Made by a program: the position numbers and the translations under genes. The notes under the pieces were generated by a model. It saw only the letters and a program-made list of their open reading frames with translations, made no database searches and had not been told where the DNA came from. 64,000 bases of DNA from Octopus sinensis (Eukaryota): positions 101,370,001-101,434,000 of the forward strand of contig NC_043001.1 of assembly GCF_006345805.1 (NCBI RefSeq). The letters run 5' to 3'. Shown one piece after another: positions 63,377-64,000 of this stretch (positions within the stretch are counted from its first letter, which is position 1; every line of letters starts with the position of its first letter).

Positions 63377-64000
63377 ACATGTATGCATATATACTGTGGA
63401 ACCTTAGTTTATGAATTTAATTCATTCCTGAAGGCTGTTCTCCTGTGGGAAATTCAAGAGAAGGCACAATGAACTCAAGCAAGGATGTGCATTGAGAAAA
63501 GCTAAACACCAACTGCCACTCTTTCACTAATCCACCCAACCTTGTTCCCAACCTGTGAGTCCATTACTCAGGCCATTATTCATCAACCAACAGGTTTTAT
63601 GTTGGGAAAATTCTATGTAAACTGATTTGTTTGTGATGAGAGGGTTCCGTAAACCATATTTCCATAGTGTGTGTGTGTCAATTAAATGTAAGGATGAAAT
63701 CTATATACGGTTTTATTGAGTAGCCAGCATGTGAAACCAATTAAGGTAAAACGTTAATACCAAGTATATAATTTTAAAAAATACATTATTACATTAAGGG
63801 CTGTTGCTATAAGTAAGCACGTGTGTATATTTTGATAAAGTAGTTTGACTTTAGCATCTCTTTCCAGCATGTGGCTTTACTTATAGTAACATCCCTTAAT
63901 GTAATAATTATATATATATATAGCTATATATATATATATATATATACACATATATACATATATAGACACATATACACACATATATACATACATATATATA

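Overview
AT-rich eukaryotic DNA, saturated with microsatellites and transposon debris. It is most consistent with an octopod cephalopod (Octopus-like); this is inferred from recalled SINE families and the microsatellite load, not from a database search. I find no convincing host protein-coding exon, so the window looks intergenic or like part of a giant intron. Almost all ORFs in the track are microsatellite artefacts or decayed TE fragments. Recognisable content: several tRNA-derived SINE families; decayed LINEs (RTE, CR1, R4/Dong-like); Penelope-like element (PLE) RT and GIY-YIG remnants; mariner and DD37D transposons; hAT- and piggyBac-type MITEs; two non-autonomous Helitrons. The standout signal is a set of minimal type I hammerhead ribozyme motifs (CUGANGA...GAAAC-palindrome-GUH) from at least four different sequence families. 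Two families occur as divergent inverted pairs (7.6-8.1 kb, 34.3-34.9 kb). One family is a compact element joining a tRNA-like Pol III head, an (AAT)n spacer, an intact hammerhead and short terminal inverted repeats (58.28-58.59 kb; second copy 62.5-63.2 kb). Several further long fold-back palindromes occur at 13.8, 24.2, 31.4, 51.1 and 56 kb.
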